IMG/VR virus record: IMGVR_UViG_3300037042_002125
Coordinates: 62,001-126,000 of that record
Reading direction: 5' to 3' (one strand)
DNA length: 64,000 nucleotides
Shown here one piece after another: positions 1-9,513 of the stretch. The translations under genes and the position numbers were made by a program. Within the stretch, counting starts at the first letter, position 1. Every line of letters starts with the position of its first letter. The notes beneath the pieces were generated by a model. It was not told the origin of the DNA, did not search any database, and was given only the letters and a program-made list of their open reading frames with translations.

Positions 1-72
1 TATCACCCTCAACTATTAGGTCCCACTGCCAGGCCAAGTAGTCATCAAGTTTGTATCCAGGTAGGCTGCTCA

Positions 73-468
73 TTATGTCAAGGTACTCACGTGGATTACA
101 TTAAATATCGTTTGCTGGTAGTCTATCCGTACCTTATCTAAGTACTCTTGCTCAGAAGGTACAGTGACAACAAACTGTGGAGTCAGCTTGTATTCGTGGG
201 GTGGGTTGAACCATTCGAGCGGGCCACCTTTGCGGAAGCCTTTCCCCCAGCGGTAAGCAGGAATAGGTTCAAGGACAGCCCGACCTGCATTGCGAGCAAC
301 TGAGTCGGTGTAATTAACAATTGCATGGGAGCCTGTGTCAGTGTATAGCTCAACTCGCTCACGGTCGATAAGAGCCTGGAGCTCTTCAACTGAGTCAGCA
401 CGGCACACACGAGTCAATTCCTCTACATGAGAGGACCTCATGTCATTTAAGAATAGGAAGAAAGGCAT
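73..468 (-). CDS. hypothetical protein
   Basis: 131-aa ORF with GGAGA RBS, in a tightly packed minus-strand operon. Confidence 0.7.
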   Translation of the reverse strand: MPFFLFLNDMRSSHVEELTRVCRADSVEELQALIDRERVELYTDTGSHAIVNYTDSVARNAGRAVLEPIPAYRWGKGFRKGGPLEWFNPPHEYKLTPQFVVTVPSEQEYLDKVRIDYQQTIFNVIHVSTLT

Positions 469-511
469 TTTGCTTCTCCAAAATTATTTTTGTTGATGTT
501 GGTAAAAATTT

Positions 512-766
512 TTACCAACTGATAATGAATTTGAGAATAGGGTCAACTCCAATCTGTGTTATGTCGTAGCCTTGGGCAACAAACAACTCAGTCAGATTAA
601 AGTGTTGGAAGGAACTAACCTCCAAAATATCTAGAGACGTCTGATCAAGTTTGACGTACTCTTTAACCTTTGTCATGATGGTGTTGAACGCCAATATGCG
701 GTTGACGTCATAGTCTTGTGTAACGTCCAAGGCAGCTTGCGCTGCGGGGTATTGAATGTAGCCCAT
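512..766 (-). CDS. hypothetical protein
   Basis: 84-aa ORF with GAGGA RBS. Confidence 0.65.
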   Translation of the reverse strand: MGYIQYPAAQAALDVTQDYDVNRILAFNTIMTKVKEYVKLDQTSLDILEVSSFQHFNLTELFVAQGYDITQIGVDPILKFIISW

Positions 767-775
767 TGTGTGTCC

Positions 776-979
776 TCAGTAAACCCCGCCGCCAGAAATG
801 CACATAAGCCGCCTCTCGTTCAGGCCTAAGTCCATTGGAACTCTGCGGGGTGTAGCTGAAATTATTTTGGCCTTGACTTCTTCACAAGCCTTTTCTGAAT
901 TGAACTTTGCAACAGTGGCAGTGGTGTACGGATACGGGCTAATGCTAATCAGCAACCACACAATAATCGTTTGTGTCAT
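776..979 (-). CDS. small hypothetical protein with hydrophobic N-terminus
   Basis: 67 aa; F-x-S-x-x-A-C pattern and C-terminal Cys; AGGA RBS. Confidence 0.6.
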   Translation of the reverse strand: MTQTIIVWLLISISPYPYTTATVAKFNSEKACEEVKAKIISATPRRVPMDLGLNERRLMCISGGGVY

Positions 980-988
980 AAAAGTTCC

Positions 989-2482
989 TTAGTCAAGTAA
1001 GTGGATAAAGCCTTTGAGTTGCTCTGCCATGAACGCTGCGGGCTTGGCTTTGCGATGCTCCAAAGTCTTCTTCTTTGTCATGACCTCTTTCATCTGCTGT
1101 TCAAGGGCTTTGCGCTCAAGTGCCCTAAGTTGGCGTACCTTCAGGTCATAAATGAAGGCGGCCTCAGCTTGCGTGATCTTCAACTTTGCAGCAAGCCACT
1201 TTTCCAACTCGTCTTGGCTAAGTGTTTTGTCCAGCGACTCAATGATGATCTTGCGATTATCCACAGCAAGCATGAGTAGCTCTAGCTTTCGTATTTGCTT
1301 TACCGTCTCTCCAATCCAATACGAGCATGCCTTACGCTCCAAGTCTGTGCGCCACTCGACCCAGTTGGTTAAAGCCTCCGTTACAGATTGCGGTTTCATG
1401 CGGGCTTGGCCTTGCCCCTCTTTGTCCAAGTAACGCTCTGTGAAGTTCAGGATGTAGTTCTCCCGCGAACTAACTTCCTCGTCAATGCGAGTCAATAGCT
1501 TGGCGTAATCTTTTGTTGTGAGGTTGCGCCTAACGTTGACCTTGACCGTGCCGTACTTCTCGCCCTTGGTAGAATTGTCCAAAGCGGACGCTACACCGTT
1601 CATCGCGCCTAAGTTTCCTAGCAACTTCTCTACGTTGACTTTGCTATTGCCGAAGCGAGAGATAGTTATGGTCTTGGCCTTATCATCAAACACAGGGTTG
1701 CCGTACAGAGTAGCTCTGCCTGTCATACCCTTGAACATAGCAAGCCGCTCAAGCTTCTCTTCTTTAGGCGCTTCCTCGAGGCGCTCGACACCACCAAAGA
1801 GTGTGCATAGCTTCAATCCCTTATAGAGCAACTTAGCGGTGATCTCTTCACCATCATAGATTGCCTTGAGAGTCTTCAACACGCTCTTGAATGTGAAGCT
1901 TGGGATGTTGGTCTGCGCGCCAGGTGCAATACCAAAGCGTCCGTTTAGGAAAACAATGGGTAGCAAAGCTGGCAACACTACAGGCTCTTTGCCGCTGCTA
2001 TCGAAGTTAGGCCCCATCTCCACAACAGGCAGATAGAATTTGTTAAACAGCACCTCGTCCGAAAACTTGCTCAATCGGGCCTCTGTGTACCTGTGCGCCG
2101 CGTAGCTCTTGTCTGAGAACGAACCCCAATTGCCTTCACCTTCAAGCAAGCCGCATTGGACATTGTTGATTGTCTGACCCACGTTGGTCATGCCAACCAT
2201 TGCGCCGTAGCAAGAGCTGTCACCGTGAGGATGGAAGCGGCCCAGCGTATCACCAACGATACGAGCTGACTTCACAAACTTGCTGGTGCTATGGACACCT
2301 AACTCATGGGCTGACCACAACACACGGCGGTTAACTGGGTTCATGCCGTCCCGGTAGTCTGGGATAGCACGATCCTCAAGCACAGAGACTCCGTAGTTCT
2401 TGTACTTGCGTATTGCAAATTTATCAAGTGGTACACTGATGTGTTTCTCAGCAACCACCGTCAAACTAATTTTCTTGCTCAT
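989..2482 (-). CDS. gyrA: type IIA DNA topoisomerase subunit A (GyrA/ParC-like, no C-terminal pinwheel domain)
   Basis: RAIPDYRDG, KSARIVG, FHPHGD, EGEGNWGS and catalytic AAHRYTEARL motifs. Confidence 0.95.
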   Translation of the reverse strand: MSKKISLTVVAEKHISVPLDKFAIRKYKNYGVSVLEDRAIPDYRDGMNPVNRRVLWSAHELGVHSTSKFVKSARIVGDTLGRFHPHGDSSCYGAMVGMTNVGQTINNVQCGLLEGEGNWGSFSDKSYAAHRYTEARLSKFSDEVLFNKFYLPVVEMGPNFDSSGKEPVVLPALLPIVFLNGRFGIAPGAQTNIPSFTFKSVLKTLKAIYDGEEITAKLLYKGLKLCTLFGGVERLEEAPKEEKLERLAMFKGMTGRATLYGNPVFDDKAKTITISRFGNSKVNVEKLLGNLGAMNGVASALDNSTKGEKYGTVKVNVRRNLTTKDYAKLLTRIDEEVSSRENYILNFTERYLDKEGQGQARMKPQSVTEALTNWVEWRTDLERKACSYWIGETVKQIRKLELLMLAVDNRKIIIESLDKTLSQDELEKWLAAKLKITQAEAAFIYDLKVRQLRALERKALEQQMKEVMTKKKTLEHRKAKPAAFMAEQLKGFIHLLD

Positions 2483-2489
2483 GTTTTTC

Positions 2490-2831
2490 TCATGTAGGTT
2501 CACCAGCTGCGGTGATAAATTCTTCGAAGGCTAAACTTGGCCTAACTTGATGGTAATGGATATAATGCTTGTAACCATAAGGCCACACCCACACATTGCC
2601 GCCAATATCAAGCTTGTACTCAATTGAGCCATTGGATTTGTCGCACATCCTGCACCAGGAGAAACCTTTGTACTGAACAGATTCAACTCCTGACTCTACT
2701 CTTGATTCTACTCTTGAGAGCAAACGTAAAAAGAGATCCCTGTTCCTCCATGAGGTACCTACAGGAGTAGGGAGATGTGTCTCGTGGTCAGAGGCCCAAA
2801 AGCCCTCTCTGTTTATTAACAACTTAGCCAT
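2490..2831 (-). CDS. hypothetical protein (YKGFSWCRMC...WPYGYKHY)
   Basis: ORF coupled to neighbours; CxxC plus His motif; start moved to ATG with AGGA RBS. Confidence 0.7.
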   Translation of the reverse strand: MAKLLINREGFWASDHETHLPTPVGTSWRNRDLFLRLLSRVESRVESGVESVQYKGFSWCRMCDKSNGSIEYKLDIGGNVWVWPYGYKHYIHYHQVRPSLAFEEFITAAGEPT

Positions 2832-3123
2832 TTTTCTTTCCTTTGAGTTGGATCTTTTGGATCTGATCTTCCGCGTGAGCAAGCCACTCTGCTTTTCGCT
2901 CTGCAGACAGTTCAGACCAAGTTGGAACAAGGTTCAGTTTGTCTAAACTGCGCCAATAATCCCTTCGAACATTGTACAGGACCTCCGCATACTCAAGTGG
3001 AGGTTGTCCAGTGTGTGGCGTTCTCAAAACCTTATACTCTGATATTGCGCTATGGCTGAGTATGTACGCCTCATTCTTATTCATTGCAGTTAGCCTTAGC
3101 CTTTTCAGCTTGTTCTTGATCAT
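2824..3123 (-). CDS. hypothetical protein
   Basis: ORF overlapping both neighbours, AGGTGG RBS. Confidence 0.55.
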   Translation of the reverse strand: MIKNKLKRLRLTAMNKNEAYILSHSAISEYKVLRTPHTGQPPLEYAEVLYNVRRDYWRSLDKLNLVPTWSELSAERKAEWLAHAEDQIQKIQLKGKKNG

Positions 3124-3343
3124 GCCACCTTTGGTCTCTGTAGTCTCGCCGCTCCGTGTGGTACATAAAGTCCTCGTACAAAATAACAAGAACATAGCAC
3201 ACCAAGGAGGTCAAACCTAAGCCGAGGCCTAGTGCAAATAGCATGTCCATAGACTTTGCCATAAGCATTGACATGATAACAGAGGCTATACCTCCTGCGA
3301 AAAGAGATAGGCTGATCCCCTTTATGTTTGATGTATCCATCAT
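3077..3343 (-). CDS. small membrane protein (two TM segments)
   Basis: two hydrophobic stretches; start coupled to topoisomerase B stop. Confidence 0.6.
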   Translation of the reverse strand: MMDTSNIKGISLSLFAGGIASVIMSMLMAKSMDMLFALGLGLGLTSLVCYVLVILYEDFMYHTERRDYRDQRWHDQEQAEKAKANCNE

Positions 3344-5196
3344 GTTACTCCGAATAACACCTTGCGGAACGCTGGGCTCTTGCCCAACAGAAGCTGGAAG
3401 TCTTGCGAGCCTTTCTTATCTGGCGGCATAACTTGATACAGCTTGCGAATTTTAGGATCAAGGGCAATGTCGAGATCACTCTCACTCAACTCACCCCAAC
3501 CTTTGATGTAAGTCACCTCACATTTGGTGGTGCCTGTTTTCTCAAACACCTGCTCTTTGGTCATGCCGAAGTATATGACACCTTTGTACCTCGATTTGTA
3601 CAACGGCGCTTTCACCACAAAGACCTTACCATCCTTGAACAGCGATGGTAAATACTTCCACAGCACACCTAAAAGCAGGACATTGATGTGGTCACCGTCA
3701 ACATCAGGGTCGGCCATGTTAATGATCTTGCCGTAGGGCACGTTCAAGTTAGGTCGCTTGCCACCTAAGTCAATGCCAAGTGCAGCCAGCAGACCAACAA
3801 CCTCAGCGTTGCCATTGATCTTTTCCTTTTTGGCCTCCATAACGTTCAGGGGCTTGCCTCGCAGAGGATAAATCGCCTGCGTGTACTTGTTACGTGCCCG
3901 CTTTGCACCACCACCAGCAGAGTCACCCTCAACAAGGAACAGCTCGCGTTGCTCGACTGGCGCGTTACCTTGGATAGGTGCCAACTTGGTGGCCAGCTTT
4001 TTCTTTGCAGCGTTAACGTTCTTGACAAGCTTCTTGTCCTTGAGGAAGTCAGCGGTCTTGCTGCGTAGTAAGGCCGCTCGCGTTACAACGTCACGCGCCA
4101 TTCCTTTGTGTGCTACCCAAAAATCATGGAAGGCTTTCAGGAACTGTTTATACCCCACCTCGTACACACGGTCATCTATCAGCTTGTCCTTCGGTTGGTT
4201 GTTGAACTGCGGTGCAGCTATCTTGTAGTTGACAAGGCCGATCAAGCCATCCTTCAAGTCAGACGGTGTGTACTTGTTCTTACCTTGGTATGGTACAAGG
4301 GACTTAACCATTGCATCAACAAGGGCCTTCACATGCTCACCACCCTCCTTGTTATGCAGGCCGTTAGTGTAGGCGTCGATCAGGTTGTCACCTTCGCAGT
4401 CAGTGAACGCAATAGCAATGTCCGCCTCCTTGCTGGAGAACACAAACGATTTGCCCATCTGAGTAGCCTTGAGCTCATCAATCTTGTTCACAATATACTC
4501 GGCAGGACCCTTCGTAATAAACGTCTTGGTCTTGCCTTTACTATTTGTGATCTTGACCTCCAAGCCTTTAACCAAGTAGGACGTTAGCTCTGCCCAGCTA
4601 AGTGGGTCCTTAGGGTTCAGCTTTGCTCCTTTGTGGAACAAACTTAGGTCCGGAGAGAAGCACACCACAGTGCCCTTCTTTGCCTTAATCCCATGTGGCA
4701 GCTTAGGCGCTTTGCCCTTGTATACCTGCTTGCTAAGTTTGGCATCCCTGTACTCGATGCACCACCACGCACCATCACGGAACGTCCAGACCTTGAAGAA
4801 TTTGGACATTGCATTGGTGGCCTTGATACCAACACCGTGCGTGCCTCGGCTTATAGTGTCGCCACTAAAGTTGGAGCCACCGTGCGTCAAGCCTGTCACC
4901 ACGTAGAACGTTGACATCTTCTCTTTGCGGCCTTGCTCGTCCAGGAACTCCTTCTTGCCAACTGGGATGCCTTCACCACCATCAACAACCCAGTAAACGT
5001 TAGGCTCTGCATCGAAGATCAAATGCACGAGCTTATTACGGCCTGCAAGCGCCTGATCTACCGCGTTGTCCGCTGGCTCTCGGAACATAGTCCACAAGCC
5101 GTTGCCGTCGGTTGGCCCCAAATAAGGGGTGGGCTTTTTTCTAATTCCCATGAGCCCCGCATGTCTCTCAATATGGGATTCGTCGTACTTTGTCAT
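3340..5196 (-). CDS. gyrB: type IIA DNA topoisomerase subunit B (GyrB/ParE-like)
   Basis: GHKL motifs EPADNAVD, THGGSNF, GTHGVG; Toprim motifs LVEGDSA, PLRGK, DPDVDG, KGWGE. Confidence 0.95.
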   Translation of the reverse strand: MTKYDESHIERHAGLMGIRKKPTPYLGPTDGNGLWTMFREPADNAVDQALAGRNKLVHLIFDAEPNVYWVVDGGEGIPVGKKEFLDEQGRKEKMSTFYVVTGLTHGGSNFSGDTISRGTHGVGIKATNAMSKFFKVWTFRDGAWWCIEYRDAKLSKQVYKGKAPKLPHGIKAKKGTVVCFSPDLSLFHKGAKLNPKDPLSWAELTSYLVKGLEVKITNSKGKTKTFITKGPAEYIVNKIDELKATQMGKSFVFSSKEADIAIAFTDCEGDNLIDAYTNGLHNKEGGEHVKALVDAMVKSLVPYQGKNKYTPSDLKDGLIGLVNYKIAAPQFNNQPKDKLIDDRVYEVGYKQFLKAFHDFWVAHKGMARDVVTRAALLRSKTADFLKDKKLVKNVNAAKKKLATKLAPIQGNAPVEQRELFLVEGDSAGGGAKRARNKYTQAIYPLRGKPLNVMEAKKEKINGNAEVVGLLAALGIDLGGKRPNLNVPYGKIINMADPDVDGDHINVLLLGVLWKYLPSLFKDGKVFVVKAPLYKSRYKGVIYFGMTKEQVFEKTGTTKCEVTYIKGWGELSESDLDIALDPKIRKLYQVMPPDKKGSQDFQLLLGKSPAFRKVLFGVT

Positions 5197-5618
5197 GTTG
5201 ACCCTTTGTATTCACCTACGATCTGACTCGTCGGTTTGTCACTGCCTATGAAATCCGATATGAACCGTTCCGTAGCTACACCTTCATTGTAGTCCGCTGT
5301 GTTCGGTTCATTGAGACTATCGCTAAGTTGGATTGGCTTGATGTTCACCAAGAACAACTTACCATTTACATTTATGCCGGCCTTGTGCTCAACACGGAGG
5401 CCAGCCCGCTTGCCTTCTTTGTACATTGCATCTGCTTTGACCCATGCGTTATCTTCTTTGGCATAGTAGCCGGCGAACTCGTAGTGATCGCCTTGGGTAC
5501 GGTGTGACACACGCCATACATCAATCATACCTTCAGGACACTTAGCCCAACCAGGACGCCGCCGCATACTGGGCATAGTGCTATCTGGTTTGCTGTATGC
5601 TGTGCGAGTAGGTGTCAT
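5193..5618 (-). CDS. hypothetical protein
   Basis: 141-aa ORF with ATGA overlaps at both ends. Confidence 0.7.
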   Translation of the reverse strand: MTPTRTAYSKPDSTMPSMRRRPGWAKCPEGMIDVWRVSHRTQGDHYEFAGYYAKEDNAWVKADAMYKEGKRAGLRVEHKAGINVNGKLFLVNIKPIQLSDSLNEPNTADYNEGVATERFISDFIGSDKPTSQIVGEYKGST

Positions 5619-6043
5619 ACAGCACCCACTTTCTTGAGCACCAACTTATTCTGCTTTGGTGTACGCTTGAGGACTTGCTCGATCTTGATGAAGTGTTTGG
5701 AGTACCACCCAACTATTGCCTTCACCATTGCGTCTGTATCAATTACAGACTTGCGAGGCCAAGAGAAAATCAACTTGTACTCGTCGGCAACTAGCTCATA
5801 CTTCCACTTGCGATTCAGCTTGCCTAACATCTCTTGCTCGAGGACAAAGTAGGTCACCACGTTGATCTTGACTCGCTTCTTTTTGCACAAGGCAACAAGG
5901 AGTATGAAATCATCTAATTGGATTTTGGTTATTGGGATTTTAAGCTCTGATAGAAGCGCATGGTCTTCCTCAGCCTTAGGGTAGTCCACAGAACCGTGGG
6001 CAACCATATTCAAAGTTCTTATTGCAGGTAATTTGGTTTTCAT
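5615..6043 (-). CDS. hypothetical protein
   Basis: 142-aa ORF coupled to next gene. Confidence 0.7.
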   Translation of the reverse strand: MKTKLPAIRTLNMVAHGSVDYPKAEEDHALLSELKIPITKIQLDDFILLVALCKKKRVKINVVTYFVLEQEMLGKLNRKWKYELVADEYKLIFSWPRKSVIDTDAMVKAIVGWYSKHFIKIEQVLKRTPKQNKLVLKKVGAV

Positions 6044-6118
6044 ATTGGCGTTTGATTGGTATTGTGTTTACACGCTATAAACAAGAACGGCCCAGCAAAG
6101 TGGGCCTAGTCCTTTTTC

Positions 6119-6760
6119 TCACTTAGCTTTTCTTTCCGCACGTCGAAGAGTGATCGCTTCTTGGATGCGTTGCTGTTGCCATGCAGGCTTCTCAGCAAGC
6201 TGGGCGTACAGCCTTCCCAGTCTTGAATTGTCACCGATCTGCTCTGCTGTGTGAAATGCGTTGACAATGTTGTCGAGCGGAATGCCGATCAAAATCTGCA
6301 CACTTGAGGCAGGGCACCGGTCATTGCCTTTGCTGAAATGGCAGTTGTTGAACTTCTTGTCCGCATGGGGAACCAAGTGAGTGCAACGTAGGCATTTCTC
6401 GTTGTAGATTTCAAGCACACCGTTATCAACTTCCGCAGCGTCAAGAGTGTCTTCATCAATTTCTACATCAGCATCTGCTTCCTGCCCTTCACCAGCAGTG
6501 TCCTCTAGGCTACTCAAGTCATCATCCTCGTCATAACCAGCAGCAGAAGACTCTTGCTGGATAGCACCGCTAGTATTTGGCTCAGAGTCAGCTTGAGCAT
6601 CTTGCTTGAGCGCCCAAGGCAACGGTTTGCCTGAACTTGTTGTGCTGCAGACTGCCTCTGTTTCTACTTCAGCAGCAGGGGCACTTGATTTCAGGCTAAC
6701 TGTTATGCCGCCTGTTCCACTAACACGAATTGTCTTGGATGGTGTTTTTTGTATTGACAT
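6119..6760 (-). CDS. hypothetical protein with acidic linker and Cys-rich motif
   Basis: CLRC...NC...RCP pattern; AGGA RBS before ATG 6760. Confidence 0.7.
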   Translation of the reverse strand: MSIQKTPSKTIRVSGTGGITVSLKSSAPAAEVETEAVCSTTSSGKPLPWALKQDAQADSEPNTSGAIQQESSAAGYDEDDDLSSLEDTAGEGQEADADVEIDEDTLDAAEVDNGVLEIYNEKCLRCTHLVPHADKKFNNCHFSKGNDRCPASSVQILIGIPLDNIVNAFHTAEQIGDNSRLGRLYAQLAEKPAWQQQRIQEAITLRRAERKAK

Positions 6761-6784
6761 TTTGTTTGTCCTAATTGCAATGTA

Positions 6785-6810
6785 AAGAGGGCCCACGTAG
6801 GGCCCCCTTC
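6785..6810 (-). terminator. probable intrinsic terminator
   Basis: GGGCCC-TACGT-GGGCCC hairpin followed by TCTTT on minus strand. Confidence 0.55.
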
Positions 6811-6829
6811 AACATTTAGCTAACAGGGA

Positions 6830-7630
6830 TTAGTTGAGGTCCCAGTCGTCATCCGACTTTTTGCCTTTGCCTTTTTTGGCGTCTTTCTTGCCCTTGGCAG
6901 CTTTCTTGCCCTTGGCAGCTTTCTTGCCCTTGGCAGCTTTCTTGCCTTTCTTAGCCGGCTTTTCGTCGTCTTCGTCTTCGTCTTCTTCTTCGTCGTCCGA
7001 CTCTTCTTCGTCCGACTCTTCTTCGTCGTCTTCGTCGTCCGACTCTTCTTCATCATCGTCGCCGTCTTCTTCGTCGCCGTCTTCTTCGTCGCCGTCTTCT
7101 TCGTCGTCGCCGTCTTCTTCGTCGTCGCCGTCTTCTTCGTCGTCGCCCTCTTCTTCGTCTTCGTCTTCGAGGTCGCTCAGGTCTTCGTCTTCTTCCTCGT
7201 CGTCTTCTTCGACGTCTTTAGCCTTCTTTGAAGAACCTGCTGTTGCAGCAGAGAAGGTAAAGGCTACATTTGCGCCTTCCAGGTCGAATACTTGCTTGCC
7301 GTCTTCGGTGACAATGGTCAACGTAGTACCATCAATCTTGAGGCTTTCAACTGCATTTGCGCCCTTTGCCTTACGACCGCGTTTTTCTGCTTTCACCTTT
7401 TTGTCCTTCTTGGCAGGCTTAGCAGCCTTTTTGTCCTTCTTGGCGGGCTTAGCCTTTTTGCCAGCCTTCTTCTCAGCCTTTGCGGCTAGGCGAGCGGCCT
7501 TCTTTGCTTCTTTTTCCTTGCGAGCCTTGCGCTCTTCTTTGGATTCTTTTTCGGCCTTGGCAGCTTTCTTGCCTTTCTTCAGGTCTTTGTCTTCGGCTGT
7601 CTTCTTGGATTTCTTGGCAATCTTAGGCAT
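6830..7630 (-). CDS. histone H1-like basic/acidic low-complexity protein
   Basis: K/A-rich N-terminus, short globular core, long D/E tract, KKAAKG repeats. Confidence 0.8.
   Translation of the reverse strand: MPKIAKKSKKTAEDKDLKKGKKAAKAEKESKEERKARKEKEAKKAARLAAKAEKKAGKKAKPAKKDKKAAKPAKKDKKVKAEKRGRKAKGANAVESLKIDGTTLTIVTEDGKQVFDLEGANVAFTFSAATAGSSKKAKDVEEDDEEEDEDLSDLEDEDEEEGDDEEDGDDEEDGDDEEDGDEEDGDEEDGDDDEEESDDEDDEEESDEEESDDEEEDEDEDDEKPAKKGKKAAKGKKAAKGKKAAKGKKDAKKGKGKKSDDDWDLN
6880..7210. repeat. coding tandem repeats (18-nt GKKAAK units; 15-18-nt GD(D)EED/SDEEE units)
   Basis: ctttcttgcccttggcag x3 and gtcgccgtcttcttc arrays visible. Confidence 0.85.
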
Positions 7631-7717
7631 ACGATTTTCCTTATCCCCGTAGGGTTGTTGATGATAAATAAAACACTTCGTTGCAACGAGAAACGTTTAT
7701 CTTGCTTCTCACCTATT

Positions 7718-7725
7718 ATTTACAG
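7718..7725 (-). promoter_or_regulatory. phage promoter-like motif (AA)CTGTAAAT(A); also 8837, 15770, 26848, 28010, 32499, 34690 (-) and 35023, 44712 (+)
   Basis: recurrent exact 8-mer, intergenic or at gene ends, oriented with the downstream unit. Confidence 0.65.
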
Positions 7726-7764
7726 TTTGAAATAAATCAAATTTCCGATTCTTTGAGTCTCCTT

Positions 7765-8010
7765 TTATCTGAAAGTTAGTAGCCCTTTTAGGGCGCCTAT
7801 TACATCTTGCCGCCTAATACACAAAGAGGATGGCAAGGGCTTGTTTAACAGGGAAAGCCCATGGTTAATCAAGTGGGACACAACCAGGCTACGGATAGCT
7901 GTTTGAGTCTTTAACGTCGTAAAGTCAAAGTCAGGCTTACTTTTAACCTCATACAGAATAGCGTCTACTCGCTGATCGACTGTGAGATTGAATTGGACGT
8001 GGATTGGCAT
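7765..8010 (-). CDS. hypothetical protein
   Basis: 81-aa ORF with AGGA RBS. Confidence 0.55.
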   Translation of the reverse strand: MPIHVQFNLTVDQRVDAILYEVKSKPDFDFTTLKTQTAIRSLVVSHLINHGLSLLNKPLPSSLCIRRQDVIGALKGLLTFR

Positions 8011-8019
8011 ATAAAGGTC

Positions 8020-8535
8020 CTAGTTAGAAGTTCTTGGAATAGCCCAGAAGAATTTTTGCTCATTAGAAGGAGTGAGCGCCTTTTGAATCGCAACCCACAA
8101 CAGGTTTTGATATTCTTGGCGTTGTCCGTCTTTTCTGATGTCGTAGTTTAGAGGCAGGTCTGCATTTTCAACATCTTCACCTACAACCTCTCGATGAACC
8201 CACAAAGTCTGTAACTTAGGCGTAGGCTGGGCCTCTCCTTGTACAAGCTCTGTGGTTAACGCCTGGATACGCGCCAACTCAAGAGTTACATTGCGTTTTC
8301 CATCGTCTGTGCAGGTGATGTAGCATGATGCAAGCGTCTGTCCTATTTCAGCAAAGAACGCACATTGCGTGATGTTTTCACGTGGGTTGACGTCGAAAGC
8401 GATCTTAAGCTTTTCACCATCAGGTCCTGCCACGATTATGGCGTTTCCAAACGGAGGCTTTTTGCTTGCATCCCACCCACCTGATTCCCAAACCGCAAAG
8501 CGATTGGTTTTAGTTAGGTCGAGTCTGATTTTCAT
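8020..8535 (-). CDS. hypothetical protein
   Basis: 171-aa ORF. Confidence 0.7.
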   Translation of the reverse strand: MKIRLDLTKTNRFAVWESGGWDASKKPPFGNAIIVAGPDGEKLKIAFDVNPRENITQCAFFAEIGQTLASCYITCTDDGKRNVTLELARIQALTTELVQGEAQPTPKLQTLWVHREVVGEDVENADLPLNYDIRKDGQRQEYQNLLWVAIQKALTPSNEQKFFWAIPRTSN

Positions 8536-8580
8536 AGTGTGTTTTCAAAGTGCCTTTTATTTAGAGTTATCAAAAGGATA

Positions 8581-8778
8581 TCAATCTCTGGTTAAGTTTT
8601 TGGACCGGTTTATGTCCCTCATTGCAGTCTTGTTCATAGGTTCGAAGTGAGATAACCCTCTACTAACCTTATCTGCGTAAGCCTGCGCCTGTTCCATGTT
8701 TCTGTTTGCTTTTCCTCCTAAGCATCCATCAATCTTCACGTAAACACGAGTGCCTTCGGTAACGTAATCAATAATCAT
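8581..8778 (-). CDS. hypothetical protein
   Basis: 65-aa ORF downstream of CTGTAAAT motif. Confidence 0.55.
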   Translation of the reverse strand: MIIDYVTEGTRVYVKIDGCLGGKANRNMEQAQAYADKVSRGLSHFEPMNKTAMRDINRSKNLTRD

Positions 8779-8845
8779 TTGTTGTTCTCACTACCCTAAT
8801 TTGTTGAGCATTAAATTAACAATGCTTTCATCTTCTATTTACAGT

Positions 8846-9169
8846 TCAGAGTTTTGTTCTGATAGCTTTGATAAGATTTGCTATTCGTAATCTCCAAGAG
8901 GACTCTTGGCTATCTATTTTTGTAGACTCAGGAAATTCAGGGAATGGCGGGAAATCAGGCAGCTTATCACCAGGCTTTGCTGCCTCCATCAACTTGGAGC
9001 GGAGTGTGCGTACCTCTGCAATCAGATAGAGCACATCCTCGGCACACTGTGTCTTCGGCTGACTCAGTCCACGCCATATGTTGCTTGCCCTTACTTGCAT
9101 CTCTTGCAGCCGAGGTTCATCGAGCACAGGCCGGCGTGGGCCACCTGGGCGTAGTTTTGTGGTATTCAC
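8846..9169 (-). CDS. hypothetical protein
   Basis: 107-aa ORF, GTG start with AGGA RBS. Confidence 0.6.
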   Translation of the reverse strand: MNTTKLRPGGPRRPVLDEPRLQEMQVRASNIWRGLSQPKTQCAEDVLYLIAEVRTLRSKLMEAAKPGDKLPDFPPFPEFPESTKIDSQESSWRLRIANLIKAIRTKL

Positions 9170-9178
9170 GTAAGTCCT

Positions 9179-9502
9179 TTAGTTTTGAATAGTTCTTATA
9201 CCCCGGAATACGGCAGGGGAAGTAAGTTGATTACGCTCTGTATCAGTAACCATTGGGGTATAGCCAACAAGAGTGTAGACGTTAGCTAAGCCTATTTTAT
9301 CAGCATGAGCTTGAGCATCTACACTAGATGAGAACTCCAAGGTGTTAATCTTGTTGTTCTCAATGGCCCGCAAGGCGTACCACATATAGTTTGTTGAAAC
9401 CTCAATGAGCCAAGCCCCTTTCTCATTGTCATAACGAAACCGGTAGGACCAAACTGGATTTTTGAAGTGTTCTCGCAACCATGTCCAAAGTAAGTTAAGC
9501 AT
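9179..9502 (-). CDS. hypothetical protein
   Basis: ORF in operon. Confidence 0.6.
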   Translation of the reverse strand: MLNLLWTWLREHFKNPVWSYRFRYDNEKGAWLIEVSTNYMWYALRAIENNKINTLEFSSSVDAQAHADKIGLANVYTLVGYTPMVTDTERNQLTSPAVFRGIRTIQN

Positions 9503-9513
9503 AATTTTGCCTT

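Noticed and set aside
6834-7652. Long Ser-rich plus-strand ORF (likewise 18109-19041, 53155-54072, 54547-54999)
   Set aside because: Antisense shadows of biased or low-complexity real genes.
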